A stretch of DNA of 64,000 nt from an uncultured Candidatus Actinomarinales bacterium (GTDB lineage: Bacteria; Actinomycetota; Acidimicrobiia; Actinomarinales; Actinomarinaceae), in contig CALSSQ010000001.1 in assembly GCA_943789065.1 (NCBI GenBank), positions 746,426-810,425 on the forward strand, in the 5' to 3' direction. Positions 43,139 to 52,465 of this stretch are shown in pieces. Within the stretch, counting starts at the first letter, position 1. The number at the start of each line of letters is the position of its first letter. A model generated the notes under the pieces. It saw nothing but the letters and a program-made list of their open reading frames with translations, did no database searches and had not been told where the DNA came from. The position numbers and the translations under genes were made by a program.

Positions 43139-43333
43139 ATGGATATTAATGAAATTAATAATGAGTTAGATAACTTAATTCGTGAATTAAACACTTTAGT
43201 TAAGTCACTAGCAAATTCAAGAGAGCTTATTGCAGAGGATAATTTTAAAAGAGCTACAAACTATCTTTCTGAGACTGAAATAGCACTTCAAGCAATCGCA
43301 GGAAAAGTATCTAAGATTAAACTACTTATTTGA
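43139..43333 (+). CDS. Small helical protein of unknown function (64 aa), divergent from heliorhodopsin
   Basis: ORF track 64 aa, predicted helical, only 48 bp from heliorhodopsin start; 3' end overlaps convergent ABC ATPase gene; could be spurious. Confidence 0.3.
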   Translation: MDINEINNELDNLIRELNTLVKSLANSRELIAEDNFKRATNYLSETEIALQAIAGKVSKIKLLI

Positions 43334-44347
43334 AGGAAAAGTAGTTACTTCCGAAACTTCAATACAAATCTTATCCCCTGGTTCATATATAACAGACGGG
43401 AGAGATCTTGATCGGAATATCTCACCTTTGTTGTTCTGAAAAGAGATAACTTGATCATGTCCGTAAAAAGTGCACTCTTTAACCGTATAAGGTCCCATAG
43501 AGTCTAAATTGATTTCGATACACTCCGGACGTATTGATACATCTAGAGCACCCTCATATGCTGAGGTGAAACTTCCAAGGGATGTTTCTACTCTTCCATC
43601 TACTGAAAATCCCTTAAGAATATTTGGATCCCCAACTGAATTTGCTACAGATTGACTGATTGGATTCAAGTAAATCTCTTGAGGAGTTGCACTTTGTATA
43701 ACATTTCCATTTTCCAAAACACTAACAATATCGCATACCGACAAGGCTTCCTCTTGATCATGTGTAACAATTATTGCAGTAGTCTGAGTCTCTCTTAAAA
43801 GAGACACAACCTCATCTCTAAGGACTCTCGCCATTTGGGCATCTAAACTTGTAAAAGGTTCGTCAAGGAGAATCATTTCTGGTTTTGGGGCAAGTGCTCT
43901 AGCTAAAGCCACTCTTTGTTGTTGACCTCCTGAAAGTTTTTGAGGAAATTTATTTTTATATTGTGTCAAATTACACATATCTATTACTTCTTGCAATCGC
44001 CCACTATTTTGCTCTTCTTTACTAAGGCCAAAAGCTATATTTTTTTCAACGTTTAGGTGGGGAAATAATGCATAATCTTGAAAAACCATTCCTATGTTTC
44101 TGTTTTCAGGCGGTGTGTTTGTTTCGTGATCAAAAATTACTTTGTTATACATTTCGATGCTTCCTGAATCTGGTAATTCAAACCCCGCAAGCATTCTTAA
44201 AGCTGTAGTTTTTCCTGATCCAGAGGTCCCTAGTATTCCGAAAATTGAACCCTCCCATATATCAATATTGAAATTGGAAAGAACAGATTCAGCCCCATAT
44301 GACTTAGATAGGCTTCTAGCTCTCAAAATAAGACTGTCAAATACCAT
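43322..44347 (-). CDS. ABC transporter ATP-binding protein, FbpC/PotA-like with C-terminal TOBE-type domain
   Basis: 341 aa; Walker A GTSGSGKTT, signature LSGGQQQRVALARA, Walker B ILLDEPF. Confidence 0.88.
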   Translation of the reverse strand: MVFDSLILRARSLSKSYGAESVLSNFNIDIWEGSIFGILGTSGSGKTTALRMLAGFELPDSGSIEMYNKVIFDHETNTPPENRNIGMVFQDYALFPHLNVEKNIAFGLSKEEQNSGRLQEVIDMCNLTQYKNKFPQKLSGGQQQRVALARALAPKPEMILLDEPFTSLDAQMARVLRDEVVSLLRETQTTAIIVTHDQEEALSVCDIVSVLENGNVIQSATPQEIYLNPISQSVANSVGDPNILKGFSVDGRVETSLGSFTSAYEGALDVSIRPECIEINLDSMGPYTVKECTFYGHDQVISFQNNKGEIFRSRSLPSVIYEPGDKICIEVSEVTTFPSNK

Positions 44348-45903
44348 TATGTTGTTAAATTCCTTGTACTTAATATATAAGTAGGAATTGCACTTATTGC
44401 CAACAAAATAAATGAAGAAAATGCTGCTTGAGTGAATAATCCTTCAGATGCATATGACCAAATATCAATAGCCATAGTATTTAGACCTGTAGGCCTAAGT
44501 AGTAATGTTTGTGGTAATTCTTTCATCGTTGATAAGAAAACGAGTGCTCCACCTGCAAACAAGCCTCTATATATTAATGGAAGAGTAATTCTGTAAAAAC
44601 TTTTTAACTTTGACATGCCTAATCCAGAACTTGCATCTAAGTAATTAGATTTTACCTGCTCCATGGACGCCTGGCCTGCTCCAATCGCTTGAGGAAGAAA
44701 GACTATTAGGTAGGAGATAATTAAAGCTGTAAAACTTTGATATATAGACGGGAAGATTTTAATTGTAATAAATAAGATGGCAACCCCGACAGATATATGA
44801 GGTAAGCCATAAAGTGCAAGCATGATTCTCTCTAAAACGTTTCCAAATTTTGAACGATATTGTGAAACCATAATAATAATAGGTGTCGAAACAATCACAG
44901 AAAAAAGTGCTGCCAATAGAGATACACTTAGAGATCCTACAACTCCTCCAAATACAGCTCTAACACTATTCCCAGCTGAGAGTCCCCTAATGAGCCAATA
45001 GCTTAAAACTGATATCGGCAAAATGAGTCCTGAAAAAATAACTAAACTCAGAAAGGTATAAATTAGTACTTTAGACCTTGGACTTAGATTAGTTTTTTCA
45101 GATATTTTTGGAGTTCCACTGACTTTCGCTGATCTTGCCTCTTCCGATCCTCTTTGTATAAAACTTATTAGCAGTGCCAAAACTATTAAGATACTTGAGT
45201 AAAAAATAACTGGATCGCCGTTTATATTAAATTCATAATAACTATAAATAGCCTTTGTAAGAGTTGAATATCTCATCAATGAAACTGCACCGAAATCTGA
45301 TATCACATACAAGCCAACCAGGAGACCAGAGAAGATAATTGGTTTTTTTAATCTTGGTATTACAACTTGTGTGTAAACATTAAATCTGTTTTTACCTAAT
45401 GATCGTGCAGCATCTTCAACAGTAGAATCGAGATTTCGAAGTGCGCTACTACAAATTAATAGGACGTAAGGATATGTAAATAATGTCAAAACTAACCAAC
45501 TACCAAAAAAGCCATCAATTCCAGCTATTTCATTTATTCCAAGACTGGAAAATAATTGTACGAATAGACCTTTAGGAGAGAAAGCTGAAACATAAGTTAA
45601 TGCTCCAATGTAAGAAGGGATAACCAAAGGAAGCACAGATAGGGTAAATAAGATTTTGGAACCAGGTATATTAAAGCGAACAAGGATTATTGATATCAAT
45701 AGACCTAAAATTAAACTTGAAATAACAACAAAAATAAATAAAAGAATTGTATTTAAAAGTAAGTCAAAGACATTCCAAGATCTAAAAAAACTTACATAAG
45801 ATTTAGTAAAAGTTAGAAATCTCCAGATTAAATAAAATGTAGGGAGCAAGAAGGTAATAAGAATAATGAAGTTGGTGATTATGAGTGCTTTTGGAGTTTT
45901 CAC
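44347..45903 (-). CDS. ABC transporter permease, fused double-domain FbpB-type (iron(III)-type)
   Basis: 518 aa, about 12 TM; size and duplicated-domain layout typical of FbpB/ThiP-type permeases. Confidence 0.75.
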   Translation of the reverse strand: MKTPKALIITNFIILITFLLPTFYLIWRFLTFTKSYVSFFRSWNVFDLLLNTILLFIFVVISSLILGLLISIILVRFNIPGSKILFTLSVLPLVIPSYIGALTYVSAFSPKGLFVQLFSSLGINEIAGIDGFFGSWLVLTLFTYPYVLLICSSALRNLDSTVEDAARSLGKNRFNVYTQVVIPRLKKPIIFSGLLVGLYVISDFGAVSLMRYSTLTKAIYSYYEFNINGDPVIFYSSILIVLALLISFIQRGSEEARSAKVSGTPKISEKTNLSPRSKVLIYTFLSLVIFSGLILPISVLSYWLIRGLSAGNSVRAVFGGVVGSLSVSLLAALFSVIVSTPIIIMVSQYRSKFGNVLERIMLALYGLPHISVGVAILFITIKIFPSIYQSFTALIISYLIVFLPQAIGAGQASMEQVKSNYLDASSGLGMSKLKSFYRITLPLIYRGLFAGGALVFLSTMKELPQTLLLRPTGLNTMAIDIWSYASEGLFTQAAFSSFILLAISAIPTYILSTRNLTT

Positions 45904-45944
45904 AATATAAGAATATCTATGTTAATGAGTTATATAAAGAAAAA

Positions 45945-45977
45945 ATCTGGCCAGGTTGATGTGACCAGATTTTTTTC
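45945..45977 (-). terminator. Intra-operon hairpin flanked by A-run and T-run between substrate-binding-protein and permease genes
   Basis: ATCTGGCCA-ggttgatg-TGACCAGAT (9-bp stem, 1 mismatch) with aaaaaa upstream and ttttttc downstream; works as terminator on either strand. Confidence 0.5.
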
Positions 45978-46008
45978 TTTTGTATATAGCATTAGTATCT
46001 AATGACTG

Positions 46009-47121
46009 TTAGAAACCTGCCTTTGCTATAAGTTCTACTGCTTTTTCTTGCCATAAAGCTAATGCAGACCAGTTCAAATCCTCAGGAGAGTTCAAACTAT
46101 CGATTTCTGGTAAAAGGGCATTTGGCGTAATACCTGGAACGAGTGGGAACTCAAATACAGTATTTGTGAAATGCTCTTGTGCGCTTGTTGAGTGTAGATA
46201 CTCAATAAATGCTATAGCTGCTGGTTTATTTTGGCTCGAAGATAAAACTCCTGCTCCAGCTGGCATGACCATTGCGCCACAACCGCCATCAAGATATATA
46301 TTTTTAACTGGGCTATCGCCATTTTCAGCTAATACTCTTAATGTGTAGTAGTGATTAATCATTCCAATGTCTAACTCACCTGCATCTGCAGCAGCAACTT
46401 GAGGGGAGTTCTTTGGATATTCTGTATATCCAAGACCATTGATGGCTTTTAACCATTCGGCGACTTTTTCTTCACCATCTGACTCAATCATGCAAGCAAC
46501 CATAGCTATGAAAGATGAGTTACCAGGTGCAAGACCAAGTCTTCCTCTAAATTTTTCATCATTTAAACCATAAATATCTGAAGGCATTTCTGCATCAGTT
46601 GTATCTCTGGTGTCAACAACAAGTGAACGTGATCTTCCAGAAGTTCCAACCCAGTACCCTCTTTGGTCTACTGCCCATGCTGGAACGTTGTCTAATACCT
46701 CAGCTGGTAAGACATCGAAAAGTCCTTCCTTGGCTACAACACCAAGACTTATTGGATCTTGTGATAAGAAAACGTCAGCTGGGCTTATTGCACCCTCAAG
46801 GGCTAAAGTACCTGCTAACGCAGCACTCTTGTCATAACGAACTTCAACTGCTACTCCAGTCTCAGCTGCGAATGCAGCTATGACGTCAGCGACTAAGCTT
46901 TCTTTTCTACCACTATAAATAACTAGAGATCCTTCGACTGCAGCTTCTTCTTCAGCTAAAGCAGCTTCTACTGCAGCATCCAAAGCAGCTTGGCTTATTT
47001 CGCCAGCCTCACCCTTTTCACCTTGTTCTCCTTGAGGGCCTGCTTCTCCGGCATCTCCACCTGCACATGCAGTAAAGACCATTAAGCAAGCAACAAGAAG
47101 GGAAATTGATTTCTTATTCAT
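46009..47121 (-). CDS. ABC transporter substrate-binding lipoprotein, Fe(3+)-type (FbpA/AfuA-like); start placed at internal Met
   Basis: MNKKSISLLVACLMVFTACAGG lipoprotein signal, Gly/Glu/Ala-rich linker, then periplasmic binding-protein fold; upstream of permease and ATPase. Confidence 0.75.
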   Translation of the reverse strand: MNKKSISLLVACLMVFTACAGGDAGEAGPQGEQGEKGEAGEISQAALDAAVEAALAEEEAAVEGSLVIYSGRKESLVADVIAAFAAETGVAVEVRYDKSAALAGTLALEGAISPADVFLSQDPISLGVVAKEGLFDVLPAEVLDNVPAWAVDQRGYWVGTSGRSRSLVVDTRDTTDAEMPSDIYGLNDEKFRGRLGLAPGNSSFIAMVACMIESDGEEKVAEWLKAINGLGYTEYPKNSPQVAAADAGELDIGMINHYYTLRVLAENGDSPVKNIYLDGGCGAMVMPAGAGVLSSSQNKPAAIAFIEYLHSTSAQEHFTNTVFEFPLVPGITPNALLPEIDSLNSPEDLNWSALALWQEKAVELIAKAGF

Positions 47122-47160
47122 AAAATATATTCCTTTTATTTGCTTATTATTGTTAACCAT

Positions 47161-47181
47161 ACTTAACATTAAATGTTAAGT
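47161..47181. promoter_or_regulatory. Perfect 10-1-10 palindrome, candidate operator upstream of the substrate-binding-protein gene
   Basis: ACTTAACATT-A-AATGTTAAGT; spacer too short for a hairpin, so protein-binding site likely; layout resembles DtxR/IdeR operators but sequence differs from consensus. Confidence 0.35.
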
Positions 47182-47467
47182 AAAATTATTTTGAAACTTT
47201 TACTTTTTTTAATGAAAAAGGAATAATTTTTCCGCCTGTGCGAACAACCCACATAAACCCAAAAAGTAAGTAAGCAAATGGACACATCATATAGACTTAT
47301 TATACCAAACGTTTATAATAATAAAAATGGAAAAAAATCCTAAAATCATAACAAAGTATGAACCACTAGCGTGGGTTTTATTTATTGCACTCACTGCTGT
47401 TGTTGGCTGTCCCCTATTTTAATTTTAAAGTTCATTGATTGTTAATTGTTGTTAACATACACCTAGG

Positions 47468-48145
47468 ATGATTAAACATATGCTCACTCAAAAAGAAATG
47501 GAAAAACTGCCGGAATCTTTTTATAAACAAGCAGTTGCAATTTTTCATCTTAATGAAGTGGGTATTGAAGTTAAGCAGACAAGAGTTGCTGAGTGGCTTG
47601 ACGTCAGCAGAGCTAACGTTTCGCAAATTACAGGAAGAATGCAAAATAGTGGCCTAATAAAATTTGAGGACGATCTTCAACTTACAGATAAGGGTTTATA
47701 TTTAGCCAAAACTGTTGCCAGGAGACATAGAATTGTTGAAAGATTTCTATCAGAAGTATTAAAACTCCCATGGGAAAAAGTTTATGCGGAGACTTCTAAA
47801 TGGGAGAATATACTCAGTCCAGTTACTGAAAAAGCAATGCTTTCTATACTCGGCAATCCAACTACTGGACTTTTTGGGAATCCTATACCCTACTCTAAAT
47901 ACAAGAAACTAGAAACTACAAATCTTTTAAATGTACAAAAGGACAGAAATTATTCAATTAATAAAATAACGGAAGAATTAAAAAGAGATGCTTCCATGAT
48001 TAGTTTTTTACAAGAAAATAAAATAGTCCCAGGTTCAAAAATTATTATTGCTGATGCAAATGAATTCTCAATTACTGTAAGTACTGATAACAAAAAATTT
48101 TTTGGTTTAGACCAATATATAGCTGAAAGAGTTTTCGTGAACTAA
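47468..48145 (+). CDS. DtxR/IdeR-family metal-dependent transcriptional regulator with C-terminal SH3-like (FeoA) domain
   Basis: 225 aa; N-terminal wHTH (VAEWLDVSRANVSQITGRMQNSGLI), dimerisation/metal-binding region, C-terminal extension; divergent from iron ABC operon. Confidence 0.8.
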   Translation: MIKHMLTQKEMEKLPESFYKQAVAIFHLNEVGIEVKQTRVAEWLDVSRANVSQITGRMQNSGLIKFEDDLQLTDKGLYLAKTVARRHRIVERFLSEVLKLPWEKVYAETSKWENILSPVTEKAMLSILGNPTTGLFGNPIPYSKYKKLETTNLLNVQKDRNYSINKITEELKRDASMISFLQENKIVPGSKIIIADANEFSITVSTDNKKFFGLDQYIAERVFVN

Positions 48146-48180
48146 TTTATGATTATAAATGAAGAAATTATAATATAATT

Positions 48181-48663
48181 ATGGAAAATTTAATTAAAAA
48201 CATACCTTACGAAACATTTTCTTATGTTGGCGGTTTTATATTATTTTTTGTTATTCTTTACAAGTTTTTTCCAAACTTATTTCTAAAAATTCACAAGCCT
48301 GTATTTTTTATAATTGGAATTTTGTCATTATCTTTAGGTTACGTAGGCATAGTTGTACCAGGATTACCAACAACAGTATTTATTTTGATAGCTGCATGGG
48401 CTTTTTCAAAATGTTCAACAAAATTTACATACTGGATAGAAAATCACAGATTATTTGGTCCAATGGTATTAAATTGGCAGCAATACAGAGGTCTATCTAG
48501 AAGAGCAAAGAAAGTTGCAATTTTGACTATCATTCCAACTTTTGCTTTTACAATTTTTATTGCATTTTCAATGATTGGAGATTTAATATTTGGATTCTTT
48601 GGAATAGCTTTATGTACGTGGCTTGCAACTAGGCCAGAACCACCAGTAAAAAATTCTAATTAG
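48181..48663 (+). CDS. DUF454/YbaN-family inner membrane protein
   Basis: 160 aa; [19 protein letters not shown] motif typical of YbaN family. Confidence 0.65.
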   Translation: MENLIKNIPYETFSYVGGFILFFVILYKFFPNLFLKIHKPVFFIIGILSLSLGYVGIVVPGLPTTVFILIAAWAFSKCSTKFTYWIENHRLFGPMVLNWQQYRGLSRRAKKVAILTIIPTFAFTIFIAFSMIGDLIFGFFGIALCTWLATRPEPPVKNSN

Positions 48664-49258
48664 CTTCAGGAATTTTATAATCTATTGGAGAAACTTTATC
48701 TAGTTCAAAAATATCTCGAGCTTGAGCCTCATAATTCAATCCGATAGAGACCTGATCTCCCTCTGTAACTCTATTTCCATCTTCATCTAACCTTGCATTA
48801 AATGTAGCCTTTTTACCCGACTTACAAATTGTTTTAAGTTCTACTAGCTCATCAGCCCAGGCCATGAGATATACACTACCTGGAAAAGGCTCACCTCTAA
48901 AATCTGTTCTTAATCCATAACATAAAACTGGAATTTTCAACTTATCAACAATAAGGGTTAATTGGAGCACTTGTTTTGGTGAAAGAAATTGTGCTTCATC
49001 AACTAAAACACAAGATAATTTTTCTCTTTGGTGTTCGTGAGCGGTCCAAACATATAAATCATCCTCACCTTCAAATATTTCAGCTTCTCTATCTAAGCCA
49101 ATTCTTGAAGCTACCTTGCCAACGCCGTATCTATCATCAAGTTTTGGAGTAAAAATAATTGTTTTCATGTAGCGCTCCTCATAGTTGTGCGCTGATTGTA
49201 GGAGGTTCGTACTTTTTCCAGCATTCATTGCTGCGTAGTAAAAATAAAATTTTGCCAT
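48656..49258 (-). CDS. tdk: Thymidine kinase
   Basis: 200 aa; P-loop MNAGKST, C-terminal Cys-containing lasso region. Confidence 0.88.
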   Translation of the reverse strand: MAKFYFYYAAMNAGKSTNLLQSAHNYEERYMKTIIFTPKLDDRYGVGKVASRIGLDREAEIFEGEDDLYVWTAHEHQREKLSCVLVDEAQFLSPKQVLQLTLIVDKLKIPVLCYGLRTDFRGEPFPGSVYLMAWADELVELKTICKSGKKATFNARLDEDGNRVTEGDQVSIGLNYEAQARDIFELDKVSPIDYKIPEAN

Positions 49259-49296
49259 GATTTTATAATAGTCATTTATAGATATCTTTTTTCTTT

Positions 49297-49692
49297 TTGT
49301 ATGATAGATGTATGATCAACATTTTAAATTTTTCACATATATTAGGTCTTGCAATTTGGCTTGGTTCTATGGTGACTTGGGCCATGTTTGCTCCCAAGCT
49401 TTCAACACTCGATCCGACTAAAAATACTACGAACACTTTACGTGAAATATTTACTAAGCTTTCATGGAGCTCCTTCGGACTTGCTTTAATTTCTGGAATT
49501 GGCATATTAATATTATCTGAAGAGTCTTCTTCTAACTGGGCTTTGTCACTTGGCTTATTAGTTTTAGCTGGGTTAATAATATTTCTTCATAGCTATGTTC
49601 CAAATTTGAGTTCAGCTATAAAGGGTATGATTAACGGTGCTATGTTATTGCTTGGCTTAATTGTGCTTTACTTATCAATAAGCTACATATAA
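49297..49692 (+). CDS. Small integral membrane protein, unknown function
   Basis: ORF track 131 aa, about 4 TM helices. Confidence 0.45.
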   Translation: MYDRCMINILNFSHILGLAIWLGSMVTWAMFAPKLSTLDPTKNTTNTLREIFTKLSWSSFGLALISGIGILILSEESSSNWALSLGLLVLAGLIIFLHSYVPNLSSAIKGMINGAMLLLGLIVLYLSISYI

Positions 49693-49728
49693 ACCCATAA
49701 ATTTAGAATAATTACGAAACTGAAGTCT

Positions 49729-50280
49729 TTAGCTACTTAAACTCTTTATATCTGTTATCTCTTCTTTGGAAATAACTCCATATCCCTTTTTTTGAATCTC
49801 ATTAGTTCCCTTTTTAATGAGATACCAATATATAGTTTGTTCATCTGGAATGTTTAATGCATTTTTGAACTCTTCTTTGTTTATGTAAGCAGTTATCGTT
49901 CTGTTTCTGATTCTATCATCTCTGATTCCTGCTCTCATTATTCCATCGAGATAGATTTCACTTAATTTGGATGATTTTTGAATTGTTGGTACTTCTATTA
50001 TATTATGAGTATCTCCAATACCACTTTCCTCCAAAGAATCTATAGTTTCATCAACAATTGCTTGATGCCATTGTTGAAAAGCTACAATGACTATTAAATC
50101 TTTGTCGACAAAATCGTCTGGAACAGTTTTACTTTTTTTATTCAAGTTGTTTCCCTGTACGGATGGAAATATTCCCTCTGAAGAGATCATTGGCGAACTT
50201 TCACTAGATTGACATCCCATAATTAATAGGAAAACAAGACATAGCCATACTAAATTACGGCGTTCCAAGGATTTCTTCAA
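49729..50280 (-). CDS. Putative lipoprotein, unknown function
   Basis: 183 aa; signal peptide with LIMGC lipobox-like motif; last gene of 4-gene minus-strand cluster. Confidence 0.5.
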   Translation of the reverse strand: MKKSLERRNLVWLCLVFLLIMGCQSSESSPMISSEGIFPSVQGNNLNKKSKTVPDDFVDKDLIVIVAFQQWHQAIVDETIDSLEESGIGDTHNIIEVPTIQKSSKLSEIYLDGIMRAGIRDDRIRNRTITAYINKEEFKNALNIPDEQTIYWYLIKKGTNEIQKKGYGVISKEEITDIKSLSS

Positions 50281-50683
50281 GGTTGTAAATATTATCCATA
50301 AGTTTTTTAAATACTCTTCCTAAAAATAATCCAAGGATTATGTATAAACCCTTATATTTTATATTGACTGAGTAAGTTATTTCAGTCCCTTTTGAAGTTG
50401 CTGAAAAGAATAAGGTATCAATAATTTCAAACCCTTTTGTCTCAGTCTTTAATGATGCTCTTAGTGGCTCCCCCCACTCAATGATTTCATATTTAAGCAA
50501 CATAGTTCTATTGTTGAAAACAGTATTTACTTTAAAAATACTCCCTTCACGAAGTGGTTCTTTAGTAATTAACTCAGCCTCATCATGGGGATTCCATTTG
50601 TTTAAATTTCTAAAATCTGCCACAAAATCAAAACATGTTTTTATATCTTCTTTAACAGTTATTGTTTTTGAGTACGTTGGCAT
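50255..50683 (-). CDS. SRPBCC-superfamily protein (polyketide cyclase/START-like)
   Basis: 142 aa; size and pattern consistent with SRPBCC ligand-binding fold. Confidence 0.55.
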   Translation of the reverse strand: MPTYSKTITVKEDIKTCFDFVADFRNLNKWNPHDEAELITKEPLREGSIFKVNTVFNNRTMLLKYEIIEWGEPLRASLKTETKGFEIIDTLFFSATSKGTEITYSVNIKYKGLYIILGLFLGRVFKKLMDNIYNLEEILGTP

Positions 50684-50751
50684 GATTTAATTGTAAGGGA
50701 AAATAGAATCTTTACTAAATCAAAAACTATCTTAGATTTAGTGATCTATTT

Positions 50752-51552
50752 CTAAATCCTATAAAACCGATAGCCAAAAATAATACTATCTTTCCTGCTT
50801 ACAAGAAGTACATCCCCTCCAATTAAACCATCTTGATAAGGATTACCATAAGCACCAAAGGAAGAGATATTGTCATCGATCCACAAAAAGAAGTCATTTG
50901 TGCCTTTTAATGAATTTGCTAGATATTCAATTGCCATAAGACCGCCACCAAAAGCCCATGCCATTGATGATTTACCAGTATATGCTCCAAGGGCAAAGCC
51001 TAAAACGCCAAAACTTACCCCAGCTAGAGCTCCCTGTAGTGTTGCTTTCATAAGAGGAATGTAATCAAGTGTTTGAGTAAGCTCCATGGTTGCAATTGGA
51101 ATAAACATTATATTTGTCCATGCAAAGCATACAAACAAACCAAAAAACACAGCTAACAGTGATTGTGTAAGATAAACTGTTGTGCGAGTCATTGGTAAAG
51201 CCGCAACAAATTCGAAAGTGCCGTCTTCCTCGGCTTTTGATCCAAGTTTGTTTAAAAGAATTATTGTAGCTATTCCAATTAAAATAGGCACAAAAGGAAT
51301 CATAAAATAAGTTGTTACCATTCCTTCTAAGGTAAAAACATTGTCCCAATCTGAAATTCCTAGTAAGTTCATCATCGTTTCATTTTCAGACATACCCCTA
51401 AAAGCTTCTCGTTGAGTATCAATAAGTAAACCCTCTACACTTGTGTTTGCAAAAGCTAGTGGAAGAATCAATAAATACAATCCAGGAGCAATTGCCCAGT
51501 TTATAATAAATTTTCTTGGGACTGTCACCATATATTTCAAGTAATTAAACAT
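50752..51552 (-). CDS. ABC-2-type exporter permease
   Basis: 266 aa, 6 predicted TM; start overlaps stop of upstream ATPase gene. Confidence 0.7.
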   Translation of the reverse strand: MFNYLKYMVTVPRKFIINWAIAPGLYLLILPLAFANTSVEGLLIDTQREAFRGMSENETMMNLLGISDWDNVFTLEGMVTTYFMIPFVPILIGIATIILLNKLGSKAEEDGTFEFVAALPMTRTTVYLTQSLLAVFFGLFVCFAWTNIMFIPIATMELTQTLDYIPLMKATLQGALAGVSFGVLGFALGAYTGKSSMAWAFGGGLMAIEYLANSLKGTNDFFLWIDDNISSFGAYGNPYQDGLIGGDVLLVSRKDSIIFGYRFYRI

Positions 51553-52265
51553 TAACCCTCTCTCTTGTCATAAAATTTAAAAAAGGCATCTTCTAAATCT
51601 TCACCCTGTTCTGCAGCCTTGCTTGAAAACGTCTCATAAGATTCATCATATACTTTTGCACCATCTCGCAATACGGCCATTGAATCTGCAACTTTTTCGA
51701 CCTCAGAAATAATATGTGATGATAAAAGTATTGCAGCACCATTGTTTGCAAATTCTTTAATAATTTCAAAAAAAGTTCTTTGATGAAAAGGGTCTAAACC
51801 TGAAGTTGGCTCGTCTAAAATTAATGCCTTTGGCTTGTGAAGTACTGCGAGTATCAATGCTACTTTTTGTCTGTTACCTTTTGATAATTCTTTAATAGTT
51901 TGATCAACTTCCAATTCAAACTTTTCTGCTAATTCCATTGCATAATCAGTTGATTGACCTCTCATATCAGCGCCAAGTTTAAATAAGGATTTAGAATTTA
52001 AATTTTGTGGAAGTTGAGGATCTCCAGGTAAATATCCTATTATTTTCTTTGCTTCAACAGGATTTTCAATTGTATTTATTTCCTCAACTGAAAGAGATCC
52101 TTCTGAGGGAATTAAGAAACCCATAAGACTTCTCATTGTTGTAGATTTTCCAGCCCCATTAGGACCTAGAAGCCCTTTAACCTCACCATTATCAACAGAG
52201 ATATTTATATCTCCTACACCTTTTCCATTTTTGTATCTCATTGTGAGATTTTTAATTTCAATCAC
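51552..52265 (-). CDS. ABC transporter ATP-binding protein (exporter type)
   Basis: 237 aa; Walker A GPNGAGKST, signature LSKGNRQKVALI, Walker B LILDEPTSGLD. Confidence 0.88.
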   Translation of the reverse strand: MIEIKNLTMRYKNGKGVGDINISVDNGEVKGLLGPNGAGKSTTMRSLMGFLIPSEGSLSVEEINTIENPVEAKKIIGYLPGDPQLPQNLNSKSLFKLGADMRGQSTDYAMELAEKFELEVDQTIKELSKGNRQKVALILAVLHKPKALILDEPTSGLDPFHQRTFFEIIKEFANNGAAILLSSHIISEVEKVADSMAVLRDGAKVYDESYETFSSKAAEQGEDLEDAFFKFYDKREG

Positions 52266-52465
52266 AATTTATTTTATACATAATTAAATATTTACTTCAT
52301 AGAAATAACTGAGTATTTCAAACAATTGAAATTATTCTTCTGAATTTTGATTCTTTTGTTTATTTCTTAACCAAGTTAAAAGCAAAGCTGGAACTAAAAA
52401 GAAAAGAAGCTCATCCCAACCCCCTTGATGATGAAAGTTTGGGGGTGGTATTATTTTTACTAACA

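Noticed and set aside
47161-47181. Palindrome as a canonical Fur box or textbook DtxR box
   Set aside because: It matches neither the GATAATGATAATCATTATC Fur consensus nor the TTAGGTTAGCCTAACCTAA DtxR consensus; kept only as a candidate lineage-specific operator.
49272-49505. 77-aa minus-strand ORF overlapping the start of the 131-aa membrane protein gene
   Set aside because: Overlaps a better-supported plus-strand membrane-protein ORF and the likely tdk promoter region; low-complexity translation.
52416-52448. Hairpin CCCAACCCCC...GGGGGTGG downstream of operon-2 nuoN as a terminator
   Set aside because: The stem has a mismatch and the U-run on the operon strand starts about 9 nt after the stem; not convincing enough to annotate, though it may still contribute to termination.
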